Origin: Scyliorhinus canicula
Taxonomy: Eukaryota
DNA length: 64,000 nt
Reading direction: 5' to 3'
NCBI RefSeq assembly: GCF_902713615.1
Contig: NC_052168.1
Coordinates: 4,340,001-4,404,000, forward strand
Shown: positions 12,366 through 25,618 of the stretch, piece after piece
How the letters are laid out: every line of letters starts with the position of its first letter
Numbering within the stretch: position 1 is the first letter of the stretch
Program-made: the position numbers and the translations under genes
Notes under the pieces: model-generated
Told to the model about the DNA's origin: nothing
Databases searched by the model: none
What the model saw: only the letters and a program-made list of their open reading frames with translations

Positions 12366-13136
12366 CAGATGGGCCATAGGTTCGCCACTACTGCTCCAGG
12401 CTGTACCTATCCTAGATATAGTCCAAGTTAAAAGGAGTTGGAAAGGAATGTTAACAGGCCCATAGTGGTTAGCACTGTTGCTTCACTGCACCAGGGACCC
12501 CGGTTCGATTCCCGGCTTGGGTCACTGTCTGTGGGGAGTCCATGTCTGCGTGGGTTTCCTCCGGGTGCTCCAGTTTCCTCCCACAAGCCCCGCAAGATGT
12601 GCTTGTCAGGTGAATTGGACATTCTGAATTCTCCCGCTGTGTACCTGAACAGGCGCCGGAATGTGGCGACTAGGGGCTTTTCACAGTAACTTCATTGCAG
12701 TGTTAATATAAACCTACTTGTGACACTAATAAAGAGATTATCACACAAGCAGGCAAGCAGCGATTAAAGGGCTTCTGCTCTCTCGTGACGCTGACATTAG
12801 TTCAAACATCAGAAAGGACGTTTGCCCCTTTGACAGCACAAATAAGGACAGCTCAACACCAGTGAGGGGGCAGTTAGTGGATCAGTAATCCAGGGACCCA
12901 GTGGAATAAATTGATTTGAATCCTAAAAGGGCAGACGATGAAATTTGAATTCAATTTTTTTTTAAATCTGGCATTAAAAGCCCAATGTAGACCAGGAAAC
13001 CATTGTCGGGAATGTCCATCTCATTGGCTTTAGGAAAGGAAATCTGCCAACCTTACTTGGTCTGGCCTACATGTGAGGGTGGCTGTAATGACTGAGCATG
13101 TCACTCAGTTAGGGGCAATTAGGGATGGGCAACAGA

Positions 13137-13796
13137 GGGTGGGATTCTCCATTGCCCGACGCCGCTATCGTAATCGACGATCAGCCGGAGGATCCCGTTT
13201 TACAATCGAATCGGGGGGCGTCGCCTGTTTTCGAATACTCCGCCCCCTCCAAAACGGCGTCATCGGGGGAGTATGGCGCACGCCATTGGGACAGCCTCAT
13301 GACGTCACCTGAAGCCCCCCCCCCCCCCCGGATGCTCCGCCCCCGTTGGGCCGGATTAATAATGGCGTGCATCACGTGTGCGCGAGGTTTTCGTCAACCT
13401 CACATGGCGGCTGCGGACTGTGTCCACCGCCACCACAATCAAGGGGGAGCCGTGCCACTGGCCGGGAGGACGGGGGGGGGGGGGGGGGGGGAGACTGGAG
13501 GGTCGGGTGAGGGGTGGTCCGAAGGTGGCGAGGGTGGGTCCAGTGGGGCACTATCTGGCAGGTTGGATCCGTGTATGGCCGGCGCCATGTTGTACGGCAC
13601 GACTGATACAAGTCGTCGCCGTGCGCATGCGCAGCCACGGACCTGGCCATTCTCCGCCCGTTTTTGGCGCGGGAGCCGGGGGTTTTGCCCGGCGCTGTTG
13701 CTAATCGGCGTGTCCGACGCCGATTTTGGCATCGCAGAACGCTACAGTTCCCACGCCGGCGTCGGCACTTAGCCGCAAAACCGGTGAATCCAGCCC
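13137..13796. mobile_element. GC-rich TIR element
   Basis: GGGTGGGATTCTCC ... GGTGAATCCAGCCC; internal GCGCATGCGCA. Confidence 0.7.
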
Positions 13797-14222
13797 AGGA
13801 TGTGGCCAGCGATGCCCACATCCAAATTAATATTTTATAATGTAAAGGTGGGCACAGGTTCAGAGACTACCCCCCTCCGTCGCCAATCACATAGAGCAGG
13901 TGCCAAAGAAGGATGGAGAGAGTAGTGGGAGAGAATAAATCAGAGGGGGAAGGTCACAACCTTGCTCTATCATGACGTCCGCTTGCACCAAGATACAAGC
14001 GTTGGCAGAGAATGCTCAGAAGCTGGGGGCCATGAACACAAGATATAATTCTGGGATAAAACAAAAAAAATGTATACGTGAGGAAAGAAGGCCAAAGAAA
14101 TCTTGTACTAATCAAAAAAATACATTTGTTAATTTTTTTTATTAAGATGCCCTGAAAGGGTGCAGCAGGAAAAGAAGACGTTTTAAGCGACCTTGAGGGA
14201 CTGCGGCCAACTGAGAAGCAAA

Positions 14223-15314
14223 ATGGAAGGAGTTGGCAATGGTCAACTCACAAGAGGCAACTTGACGAGCAATTCCTCCCTTCAAAGTCAAGGTGATACC
14301 AACGAGATCCTGATTACCTCGCTCCTCGGAGCCACTCTGGCCATCATGTGTGTCTTTGGGATAGTGGGCAACGTCTACACTTTGGTGATTGTCAACCATT
14401 CAATCAAGTCTGTCGGGTCCCTGTACGTCTACATTACAAACCTAGCACTGGCCGACCTTCTCTATTTATTCACCATCCCATTTGTGGTCTGCACTTACTT
14501 TGCCAAGGATTGGTACTTTGAGGAAATTGGCTGCAGAGTCCTGCTCAGCCTGGATCTCCTGACCATGCACGCCAGTATCTTCATACTGACCATCATGAGC
14601 GTTGAGCGGTACAGGGCTGTGGCCATGCCATTGGACATCAGGGCTTCAGCAACCTGCAGGAAGGTGATTACTATGGCCATTTGGTTAACGTCCTGCCTTT
14701 TGACCTTACCGATGATGGTTATGATCCATTTGAAAGAAACTACCAACCCTACAGGAACAGCCAAGAGAATTTGCTACCCGACCTGGAAGCCTGAGGCCTA
14801 CAAGGCCTACCTGACCATCTTATTCAACACCAGCGTTTTAGCTCCAGGTGTTATCATTGGGTGCTTATACATACGATTGGCACAGGCCTATTGGGTCTCA
14901 GGTCGGATGATGTTGGACATCAGGAACCGTACCCTGAAGCAGAAGGTTCTGTACATGATTTTTAGCATCATCTTGGCATATTGGGCCTGCTTTGTACCAT
15001 TTTGGGTCTGGCAGTTAGTGAAGCTGTATAACTACGAATCATTGCGTTTGACCCCCCTGGCCCACATGTACGTCAACTTCTTTGTGACCTGTCTGACCTA
15101 CAGCAACAGCTGCATCAACCCCTTTCTCTATACATTGCTCACCAAGAATTATAAGGACTACGCCATGCATCGGAGCAGAAGCTCGACTGAACGGGTCACC
15201 TTTAAGAGGCGGCGGAGAGGAAGCCAAAGGGCTCAGAGGTCAGTCGCACAAAAGGACACAGCCAAAGCGACTCAAGCCGAGGTACAAGGCGAGGTATCGG
15301 GCATCAGCATCTAA
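14223..15314 (+). CDS. UTS2R: Urotensin-II receptor family class A GPCR, intronless CDS, 363 aa (subtype not assigned)
   Basis: Seven hydrophobic segments with GN (TM1), NLALADLLYL (TM2), C..LLSLDLLTMHASIF...ERY (TM3), CFVPFWVWQL (TM6) and YSNSCINPFLYTLLT.NY (TM7); LDLLTMHASIF, PFW.WQL and YTLLT.NY are typical of UTS2R. First in-frame ATG is at 14223 (AAAATGG); the ORF-track start 14193 is TTG. A pyrimidine tract plus AG ending at about 14147 suggests a 5'UTR intron. Confidence 0.93.
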   Translation: MEGVGNGQLTRGNLTSNSSLQSQGDTNEILITSLLGATLAIMCVFGIVGNVYTLVIVNHSIKSVGSLYVYITNLALADLLYLFTIPFVVCTYFAKDWYFEEIGCRVLLSLDLLTMHASIFILTIMSVERYRAVAMPLDIRASATCRKVITMAIWLTSCLLTLPMMVMIHLKETTNPTGTAKRICYPTWKPEAYKAYLTILFNTSVLAPGVIIGCLYIRLAQAYWVSGRMMLDIRNRTLKQKVLYMIFSIILAYWACFVPFWVWQLVKLYNYESLRLTPLAHMYVNFFVTCLTYSNSCINPFLYTLLTKNYKDYAMHRSRSSTERVTFKRRRRGSQRAQRSVAQKDTAKATQAEVQGEVSGISI

Positions 15315-18300
15315 CTTGACTCAATGACTCCAGAGGAGCTTATCGTTTTACCTCCAGGCGTTTTTCAAACAAGTAATGCCCCTCTCCCCATTTTACAGAT
15401 CTGAATCTCGAGCTAGATCATTGCCAGATCTGTGTTTCAACTCTCGCTGCCATCCTTGGCTCTGTAACCTCTTAACTCCTTTATTCAGAAACAAAAATCG
15501 ACAATCCCAGTCTTGAAATTCCGAATTGCCCCCCCCCCCCAGGTCTCTACGAGAATTCAGAATGTCCAATTCACCTCACAAGCACGTCTTTCTGGACTTG
15601 CGGGAGGAAACCGGAGCACCCGGAGGAAACCCACGCAGACACGGGGAGAACGTGCAGACTCCGCACAGACAGTGACCCAAGCCAGGAATCGAACCTGGGA
15701 CCCTGGCGCTGTGAAGCAACAATGCTAACCACTATGGGCCTGTGGACAGGGAGGCGGAGGTAGATAGATTCTTGTTAGGCAAGGGGGTCAGAGGTTATTG
15801 GGGGGGTAGATGGGTATGCGGAACTTGAAATAGAAACAGGTCAGCCATGAATGGCGCGAGGGGCCGAATGGCCTACTTCTGCTCCTACTTCCTATGTAAT
15901 TGTTCTGTGCTGGTGTTTCTGCTCCCACCCAATCAGCATAAGCTTCTATTTATTTCTCCCTTATGTGTTAATCCAGCTTCCCCTTTTAACACATCTCTGC
16001 TATTCTTCGCAACCACTTCCTGTGGTAGTGGGTTCCACATTCTCAGCACGCTCTGGGTCGAGAATGTTCTCCTGAATTCCTTGTTGAATTGACTAGTGAC
16101 TATCTTCTATTTATGGCCTGTCGCTTTGGGCTCCCCACCAGTTTCTCTATGTGCGCACGACTTGAACCGCTTCATAGTTTTAAAGATCCCCATTATCCCC
16201 GGGTCTTCCCTTTCTCGAGGAAAGGGCCTCCGGCAGACAGTTGAAACCTCTAAATCATCCTTGTAAATCCCCCTCTGCATCTTCTCCGGTGCCTCTATAC
16301 CCCATTTGTAATATGGAGACTAGTCCCACGCACAGTGTTCCCAACGTGGCCTAACCAAGATCATCTGGATAGCAGTCAAAGTCAGCACAAATAGCAGATT
16401 GAAGCCGGAACTTTTCAATAAATATAAAAGACCAAAAATGGCTAATGTGCCTTTTGGCTGGATTTGACCCAGTAATATTTCAACTCACCCATCTCGAGGA
16501 CATCGGCCCAAAGGGCTATGGGACTTTCGCATTAAGTAGCAGATTACCTCTAAATGAGGGCACATTCCTTTAAGTGTTCCCTCGGTTTCATTCTCCTCGT
16601 GTCGAGCTTAGCTCATGTGTTTTAGAATTTTGTGTTCGATGTGTAGCCTCTGGAATTGACTCTGCCTAATTAAGCTCGCCTGATACTGGTGCTGGGCGGC
16701 TCACCTTCGTGTGCGGACACGCAATGGCTCCGGTGTTTTATAAAATATTCTTTAATGGAACATGGCCATCTATGGCTGGGCCAGCATTTTCGATTGCCCA
16801 TCCCTAATTGCCCTTGAGAACGTGATGGTGGGTGGCGTGTGGCGCAGTGGTTAGCACTGGGACGGCGGCGCTGAGGACCCGGGTTCGAATCCCGGCCCCG
16901 GGTCACTGTCCGCGTGGAGTTTGCACATTCTCCCCGTGTCTGATAATGACTAGTCAACCTAAAAATGTGCAGGGTGGGTGTATTGGCCACACTAAATTGC
17001 CCCTTAATTGGAAAAAAAAATTGGGTACTCGAAATTTATTTTTTAAGAAAGAGGTGGTGAGCCGCCTTCTTGAGCCGCTGTCCCTGTGGAGTAGGTACAG
17101 CCACAGTGCTGTTAGGGAGGGAGTTCCAGGATTTTGACCCAGCGACAGTGAAGGAACGGCCCACATATTTCCAAGTCAGGGTAGTTTGGAGGCAGTGGTG
17201 TCGCATGTATCTGCTGCCCTCGTCCTTCCAGCTGGGGGCGGTCAGGGGTCTGGTAGGTGCTGTGGAGGGAGCCTTGGTGAGTTATTTGGGTTCATGAATC
17301 AAATATTTCTGAAATGTTACTCCGCCCCTCACCCCACCTCACCAGCAGAATTTCCTTCACATTTTGCCTCGAGGTCTCCTCAGCACCTCCAGCCTCTCTG
17401 GTGGCCCAAGTCCCCAAGGAGTCCCGTACCTCAGATTGGCAAAGGAAGGCAACTCGAGGATTCAACCAGAAGTCAGTGCGCTTTCTCAATAACCTTCTCC
17501 CACCACGCTATCTCAAAGCTGCTCTGGTCCGCCTCACTTTCAACAACAATAAAAAATGATCCCCTCTGCAGGTGCGAATGATGGTAAACTTCCACGACTC
17601 GTGGCTATCCAATGCCCACCCCCTCTCGCATTTGTCTGACCCCCATTTCTTCCTCCAGTCTCGCATCCTTGCCCTGTTTTCACTATTCCCTCTGACCTCG
17701 TCCACCTCTGACCCCACACTGACCCCACACTATCACTACACTCCCACCTCCATCAGAATGGTACAAGGACGAGGGGCTTCAGTTAAGTTGACAAGCTGTG
17801 AATATTCTCCTGAGGAGTGCGGAAGGGAGACGTAACAAACCTGCTGAAAAATCATGATAAAGTTTCTTAAGAGCAAATAAGAAAAAAACACCTTCAATAT
17901 ATGAGGGAAGAGGTGGTGCGGTGGTATCATCACCTTGGCAATCCAAAAGCCCAGGATAACACTCTGGGGACCTGTGTTAAAATTCCCACCATTGCAGATG
18001 GTGATTTTTGAATCCAATAAAAAAAAATCTGTAATTCAAATGATCATAAAACCCATTGTTGTAAAAACTCAGCTTGTTCGCCTAGTCTAGCCCACATGTG
18101 ACTCTAGATTTACTCTTAACTCATTTCAAGGGTCTCTCAGTTCAAGGGCAATTAGGGATGGGCAATAAATGCTGGCCCAGCCCGGCAACACTCACGTCAG
18201 ATTCAATGAGAGCGAGAGAGATGTGATTGAAGTTATGATCAGGAACCCACCGCCTGATGGAAAAACTGGCTTCAAAAGGGAATGGGATGGATATTTGATG

Positions 18301-20689
18301 ATGTGAGAAAGTACAGTGGAGTGGGATAGTACAGGAATAGTGGACCGAGTGGCCTCTTAATCCATATAAAGGTTCTTGCATCCAGGAGCTATTGTTGCTC
18401 TTACTCTAACCCAAGCAGGCGGTAAACTTTAAAGTAGTGTTGTCTTATTTCTCAGGCAACCGATTATACATCATTAAGAAGTGTTCTCGGGAGGGCAGAA
18501 CGGCGGCGCAGTGGTTAGCACTGCTGCCCGAGGGCGCTGAGGTCACAGTTCGATCCCGGCTCTGGGTCACTGTGTGTGCGGAGTTTGCACATTCTCCCTG
18601 TGTCTGTGTGGGTTTCCTCCGGGTGCTCCGGTTTCCTCCCACAGTCCAAAGATGTGCAGGGTGGGTGGATTGACTATGCTAAATTGTCCCTTAGTGTCCA
18701 ACAACGTTAGCTGGGGTTACTGCGTTACGGCGATAGGATGGCGCCGTGGGCTTAAATGGGGTGCTCTTTCCAAGGGCCGGTGCAGACTCGATGGGCCGAA
18801 TGGCCTCCTTCTGCACTGTAAATTCCATGATTCTCACATGGGCTGGCTTAGCTCAGTGGCCAAATAGCTGGCTTGTAATGCAAGAACAAGCGCGGGTTCA
18901 ATTCCCGTACCGGCTTACCCAAACAGGCGCCGGAATGCGGCGACTAGGGGCTTTGCACAGTAACTTCATACTTGTGACAATAAAAGCTTATTAGAGACTT
19001 GCACAATCACATCAACAGAAGCAGGCAGTGTCCCATTCCCACAACGCTGCAGAAGCAGAGCTCCAAGGCTCAGACCATTGCAAATAGCCCTCTGCTCCCG
19101 TCACCCAGAGAGACGGCTTGGTCGGGGCGGTGTTGCGTTGTGCACGAGCTGCTATTACTGGTGCTGTTGCTACGAGTGACGCCGGCTGACGTTTTTTAAA
19201 AAAAGACTCCCCCTTCTCGCTTAAATGTGGTCACGGACATCCTCCGCCTGAGAGAGCGAGTGCGTTTAAAAGTTGCACCATTTCTGCCAAGTGCAAAAGT
19301 AAAGCAGGAGGGAAACTAAAGTGGGCTGGCTCTGATCAGCAGTCAAGAGTTTCAGCTGGAGTGAAATTATCTGGGGAGTAAGTGCACCCCTTCTCTCAGA
19401 GTGAAGAATGTTCCTCCTGACACTCGATTTGGGGGGGGGGGGGGGGGGGGGGGGAACAAATTTGCCATTCAGCTTCTCTCAGCCCACAGGAAGGATCACC
19501 CTGCGTTTGGTGCAGGAGGCATCCAGAAACAAAAAACACTCCAGCCCCTTTGGTTTCTGTCCACTTTAGTCATGGCGTTAATTGTATATCAATGGTGTTG
19601 AATTGTCTGCTGATGGGGTGTGGTTCACTTAAATCTGTACAAAAGACTAAAATTGCAGTTATTAAGTCTCCTCTGTCTGACCCTGTCTATTTCTGCTGTT
19701 ATCAAGTGTGCAGGGTGGAATGCATCCAGTCTAAACAAGTCAAGAGGGAAGTTCGCAAGGGAGCGATTAAAAGGTGGAATAGAGGGGCAGCACGGCGGCA
19801 CAGTGGTTAGCATTGCTGCCTCACGACGCCGAGGTCCCGGGTTCGATCCCGGCTCCGGGTCACTGTCCGTGTGGAGTTTGCACATTCTCCCCGTGTCTGC
19901 GTGGGTTTCGCCCCCACAACCCAAAGATGTGCAGGTTAGGTGAATTGGCCGCGCTAAATTGCCCCTTCATTGGAAAAAATGAATTGGGTACTCTAAATTT
20001 TTTTTATTTTTTTTTTTTAAAAGGTGGAAGAGAGACAAGGGAGAAACAGAAAAATACAAGGAATAAAAGAGGGGGAAGTGAAAGAGGAAAGAAGAGTGGG
20101 GGAAGAAAATAAAACTGCAGAACAAATAACTGAGTTAGCAAAACAGTAAATTCAGGTGTGCTTAACTTATTTCATAGAATTTACAGTGCAGAAGGAGGCC
20201 ATTCGACCCATCGAGTCTGCACCGGCTCTTGGAAAGAGCACCCTACCCAAGGTCAACACCTCCACCCTATCCCCATAACCCAGTAACCCCACCCAATGCT
20301 AAGGGCAATTTACCATGGCCAATCCACCTAACCTGCACATCTTTGGACTGTGGGAGGAAACCAGAGCACCCGGAGGAAACCCCGCACACACGGGGAGAAC
20401 ATGCAGACTCCGCACAGACAGTGACCCAAGCCGGAATCGAACCTGGGACCCTGGAGCTGTGAAGCGATTGTGCTATCCACAATGCTACCATGCTGCATGT
20501 TCGATCAATCGAACCCATGGAAGACTTTAGACCCATGGAGCACTCCAATGCTTGAGCGACAGAGGCAAGATTGCATGAACTAGAGCAGGAGTGGGGGAAT
20601 TCAGGCCTTTGAGACTACTCCGTCATTCAATCCCATCTGCTGATCTCATCTCGGCCTCTTTCCTATCTGTTGTCCATAAACCTTCACAG

Positions 20690-22600
20690 AATAACAGTGC
20701 AGCAGAGGCTCTTCAGCCCATCAGGTCTGCACCATACCTGACCTGTCCATTTAATCTCACTAGCCAGCACTTGGCTATAGCCCGGAATGTTGTGACGTGG
20801 CAAGTACTCATCCAGGTACTTTTTAAAGGATGTGAGGCTACCCACCTCTACCATCCTCCCAGGCTGTGCATGCCAGACCGTCACCACCCTCTGGATAAAA
20901 ATGTTTTTCCTCACATCCTCCCTGAACCTCCTGCCCCTCACCTTGTGCTCTTTCGTGACGGACCCTTCAACTAAGGCGAACAGCTGCTCCCTATCCACGT
21001 CCTTTTTGTCCACCTCGATCAGGTCGCCCCTCGATCTTCTCTGCTCCAGTAAAATCAACCCAAGCCTATCAAACCTCTCGTCATAACTGAAATGTTCCAT
21101 CCCAGGCAACATGCTGGTGAATCTCCTCTACACCCCCTCTGGAGCAATCACATCCTTCCTATAATGTGGTGACCAGAATTGCACACAGAGCTCCAGCTGT
21201 GGCCTCAAAAGTTCTAACTCCAACATCACCTCCCTGCTTTTGTAATCTTTGCCTCGATTGAAAAGGCAAGGGTCCCATATGCCTTTTTCACCACCCCATT
21301 AGCCTGCCCTTTCACCTTCAGAGATCCATGGACAAACATGCTAAGGAGGATTTCCCCAGAACTTCCCAGCGTCAGGCCATTCATTGAATACTTCCTGATA
21401 AAATTCCTCCTTCTAAAAAGTGTCACCTCACACTTTTCAGGGTTAAATTCCATCTGCCACTTATCTGCCCATTTGACCATCCCGTCTATACCTTCCTGTT
21501 GCCCAAGACACTCAACCTCACTGTTAACCACCCGGCCAATCTTTGTGTCATCTGCAAACTTACTGATCCTACCCCCCACATAGTCATCTATGTCATTTAT
21601 ATAAATGACAAACAATAGGGGGCCCAGCACGGATCCCTTTGGTACCCCACTGGACACTGGCTTCCAGTCACTAAAGCAGCCGTCTGTCATCACCCTCTGT
21701 CTCCTACAGCTAAGCCAATTTATGAATGAATCTTATCAAATTACCCTGATTCCCATGTGCATTTGCCTTCTTTACACGTCTCCCATGTGGGACCTTGTCA
21801 AAGGCTTTGCTGAAATCCATGTAAACTACATCAACTACACTACCCTCATCTACACACCTGCTGGTCACCTCAAAAAATTCAATCAAATTTGTTCGGCATG
21901 ACTTCCCGCTGTCAAAGCTATGCTGATTATGCCTTGCCAAGTGGAGATAGATTCGCTCCTCCTCTCCCAAGAATTTTCTCCACTAGTTTCCCTACCACTC
22001 ACGTGAGATTCACTGGTCTATAGTTCCCTGGCTTATCCCTACGACCAGTGAAACCACATTAGCTGCTTGCCAGTCCTGTGGCACTTGCCCTGTCACCAGA
22101 GAGGAACTAAAGTGTTGGGTCAGAGCCCCTGCAATCTCCTCCCTCTCTTCCACAGCAACGTGGGACACAATCCAATCCATCTGCTCGTGAGATTTGGCAC
22201 TTAAGCCGGTCAACACCTCCAGTACCTTGAACAAATTCCAACAGGGAGTGTCAAGAACCTCAGTCTCCGAGTTCTCCTCATTCTCTTGGGGGAAGGCAGA
22301 TATGACATTCATTAACAGCCTACCAATGCCCTCTGGCTCCACCCACAGATTACCCCCTTGCTCCCTACTGTCCTTGGTTAACCTCTTCCCATTGATAATG
22401 GGGATTTTCCCTATTTCTACCAACCAGAGCTTTCTCATATCCCCTCTTTCTTCTTCCAATTGCTTTCTAAAGCTCCACCCTGCACTTTCCTGTACTCCAT
22501 TAATGCCTCTACAGATTTGCTCTCCATTTCTGGGCTGGTTACTCCTTCCCATCACCCCAAAAGCAACATGTTGGGCCCCATTTCCTTTTCGAATGCCCGT
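20690..22600 (-). mobile_element. Long degenerate CR1 LINE ORF2 (reverse transcriptase) fragment
   Basis: Frameshifted RT motifs: YMDFSKAFDKVPH, SGVP.GSVLGPLLF, SKFADDTK, W..KWQMEFN..KC; CR1-like sequence appears to resume beyond the 15-bp array at about 25640-25800. Confidence 0.92.
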
Positions 22601-22605
22601 CTCTG

Positions 22606-25600
22606 CCAGTCCACCTCAGCCAGGTCCACCTCAGCCAGGTCCACCTCAGCCAGGTCCACCTCAGCCAGGTCCACCTCAGCCAGGTCCACCTCAGCCAGGT
22701 CCACCTCAGCCAGGTCCACCTCAGCCAGGTCCACCTCAGCCAGGTCCACCTCAGCCAGGTCCACCTCAGCCAGGTCCACCTCAGCCAGGTCCACCTCAGC
22801 CAGGTCCACCTCAGCCAGGTCCACCTCAGCCAGGTCCACCTCAGCCAGGTCCACCTCAGCCAGGTCCACCTCAGCCAGGTCCACCTCAGCCAGGTCCACC
22901 TCAGCCAGGTCCACCTCAGCCAGGTCCACCTCAGCCAGGTCCACCTCAGCCAGGTCCACCTCAGCCAGGTCCACCTCAGCCAGGTCCACCTCAGCCAGGT
23001 CCACCTCAGCCAGGTCCACCTCAGCCAGGTCCACCTCAGCCAGGTCCACCTCAGCCAGGTCCACCTCAGCCAGGTCCACCTCAGCCAGGTCCACCTCAGC
23101 CAGGTCCACCTCAGCCAGGTCCACCTCAGCCAGGTCCACCTCAGCCAGGTCCACCTCAGCCAGGTCCACCTCAGCCAGGTCCACCTCAGCCAGGTCCACC
23201 TCAGCCAGGTCCACCTCAGCCAGGTCCACCTCAGCCAGGTCCACCTCAGCCAGGTCCACCTCAGCCAGGTCCACCTCAGCCAGGTCCACCTCAGCCAGGT
23301 CCACCTCAGCCAGGTCCACCTCAGCCAGGTCCACCTCAGCCAGGTCCACCTCAGCCAGGTCCACCTCAGCCAGGTCCACCTCAGCCAGGTCCACCTCAGC
23401 CAGGTCCACCTCAGCCAGGTCCACCTCAGCCAGGTCCACCTCAGCCAGGTCCACCTCAGCCAGGTCCACCTCAGCCAGGTCCACCTCAGCCAGGTCCACC
23501 TCAGCCAGGTCCACCTCAGCCAGGTCCACCTCAGCCAGGTCCACCTCAGCCAGGTCCACCTCAGCCAGGTCCACCTCAGCCAGGTCCACCTCAGCCAGGT
23601 CCACCTCAGCCAGGTCCACCTCAGCCAGGTCCACCTCAGCCAGGTCCACCTCAGCCAGGTCCACCTCAGCCAGGTCCACCTCAGCCAGGTCCACCTCAGC
23701 CAGGTCCACCTCAGCCAGGTCCACCTCAGCCAGGTCCACCTCAGCCAGGTCCACCTCAGCCAGGTCCACCTCAGCCAGGTCCACCTCAGCCAGGTCCACC
23801 TCAGCCAGGTCCACCTCAGCCAGGTCCACCTCAGCCAGGTCCACCTCAGCCAGGTCCACCTCAGCCAGGTCCACCTCAGCCAGGTCCACCTCAGCCAGGT
23901 CCACCTCAGCCAGGTCCACCTCAGCCAGGTCCACCTCAGCCAGGTCCACCTCAGCCAGGTCCACCTCAGCCAGGTCCACCTCAGCCAGGTCCACCTCAGC
24001 CAGGTCCACCTCAGCCAGGTCCACCTCAGCCAGGTCCACCTCAGCCAGGTCCACCTCAGCCAGGTCCACCTCAGCCAGGTCCACCTCAGCCAGGTCCACC
24101 TCAGCCAGGTCCACCTCAGCCAGGTCCACCTCAGCCAGGTCCACCTCAGCCAGGTCCACCTCAGCCAGGTCCACCTCAGCCAGGTCCACCTCAGCCAGGT
24201 CCACCTCAGCCAGGTCCACCTCAGCCAGGTCCACCTCAGCCAGGTCCACCTCAGCCAGGTCCACCTCAGCCAGGTCCACCTCAGCCAGGTCCACCTCAGC
24301 CAGGTCCACCTCAGCCAGGTCCACCTCAGCCAGGTCCACCTCAGCCAGGTCCACCTCAGCCAGGTCCACCTCAGCCAGGTCCACCTCAGCCAGGTCCACC
24401 TCAGCCAGGTCCACCTCAGCCAGGTCCACCTCAGCCAGGTCCACCTCAGCCAGGTCCACCTCAGCCAGGTCCACCTCAGCCAGGTCCACCTCAGCCAGGT
24501 CCACCTCAGCCAGGTCCACCTCAGCCAGGTCCACCTCAGCCAGGTCCACCTCAGCCAGGTCCACCTCAGCCAGGTCCACCTCAGCCAGGTCCACCTCAGC
24601 CAGGTCCACCTCAGCCAGGTCCACCTCAGCCAGGTCCACCTCAGCCAGGTCCACCTCAGCCAGGTCCACCTCAGCCAGGTCCACCTCAGCCAGGTCCACC
24701 TCAGCCAGGTCCACCTCAGCCAGGTCCACCTCAGCCAGGTCCACCTCAGCCAGGTCCACCTCAGCCAGGTCCACCTCAGCCAGGTCACCTCAGCCAGGTC
24801 CACCTCAGCCAGGTCCACCTCAGCCAGGTCCACCTCAGCCAGGTCCACCTCAGCCAGGTCCACCTCAGCCAGGTCCACCTCAGCCAGGTCCACCTCAGCC
24901 AGGTCCACCTCAGCCAGGTCCACCTCAGCCAGGTCCACCTCAGCCAGGTCCACCTCAGCCAGGTCCACCTCAGCCAGGTCCACCTCAGCCAGGTCCACCT
25001 CAGCCAGGTCCACCTCAGCCAGGTCCACCTCAGCCAGGTCCACCTCAGCCAGGTCCACCTCAGCCAGGTCCACCTCAGCCAGGTCCACCTCAGCCAGGTC
25101 CACCTCAGCCAGGTCCACCTCAGCCAGGTCCACCTCAGCCAGGTCCACCTCAGCCAGGTCCACCTCAGCCAGGTCCACCTCAGCCAGGTCCACCTCAGCC
25201 AGGTCCACCTCAGCCAGGTCCACCTCAGCCAGGTCCACCTCAGCCAGGTCCACCTCAGCCAGGTCCACCTCAGCCAGGTCCACCTCAGCCAGGTCCACCT
25301 CAGCCAGGTCCACCACGCCAGGCCACCTCAGCCAGGTCCACCTCAGCCAGGTCCACCTCAGCCAGGTCCACCTCAGCCAGGTCCACCTCAGCCAGGTCCA
25401 CCTCAGCCAGGTCCACCTCAGCCAGGCCCACCCTCAGCCAGGTCCACCTCAGCCAGGTCCACCTCAGCCAGGTCCACCTCAGCCAGGTCCACCTCAGCCA
25501 GGTCCACCTCAGCCAGGTCCACCTCAGCCAGGTCCACCTCAGCCAGGTCCACCTCAGCCAGGTCCACCTCAGCCAGGTCCACCTCAGCCAGATCCTCCTC

Positions 25601-25618
25601 TGCCAGTCTACCTCAGCG
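22606..25618. repeat. 15-bp tandem array (CCACCTCAGCCAGGT)n, about 200 copies
   Basis: Perfect periodicity with only a few interruptions (about 24786, 25315-25325, 25428). Confidence 0.99.

Noticed and set aside
14193-14222. ORF-track N-terminal extension of UTS2R
   Set aside because: Starts at TTG; the ATG at 14223 has good Kozak context.
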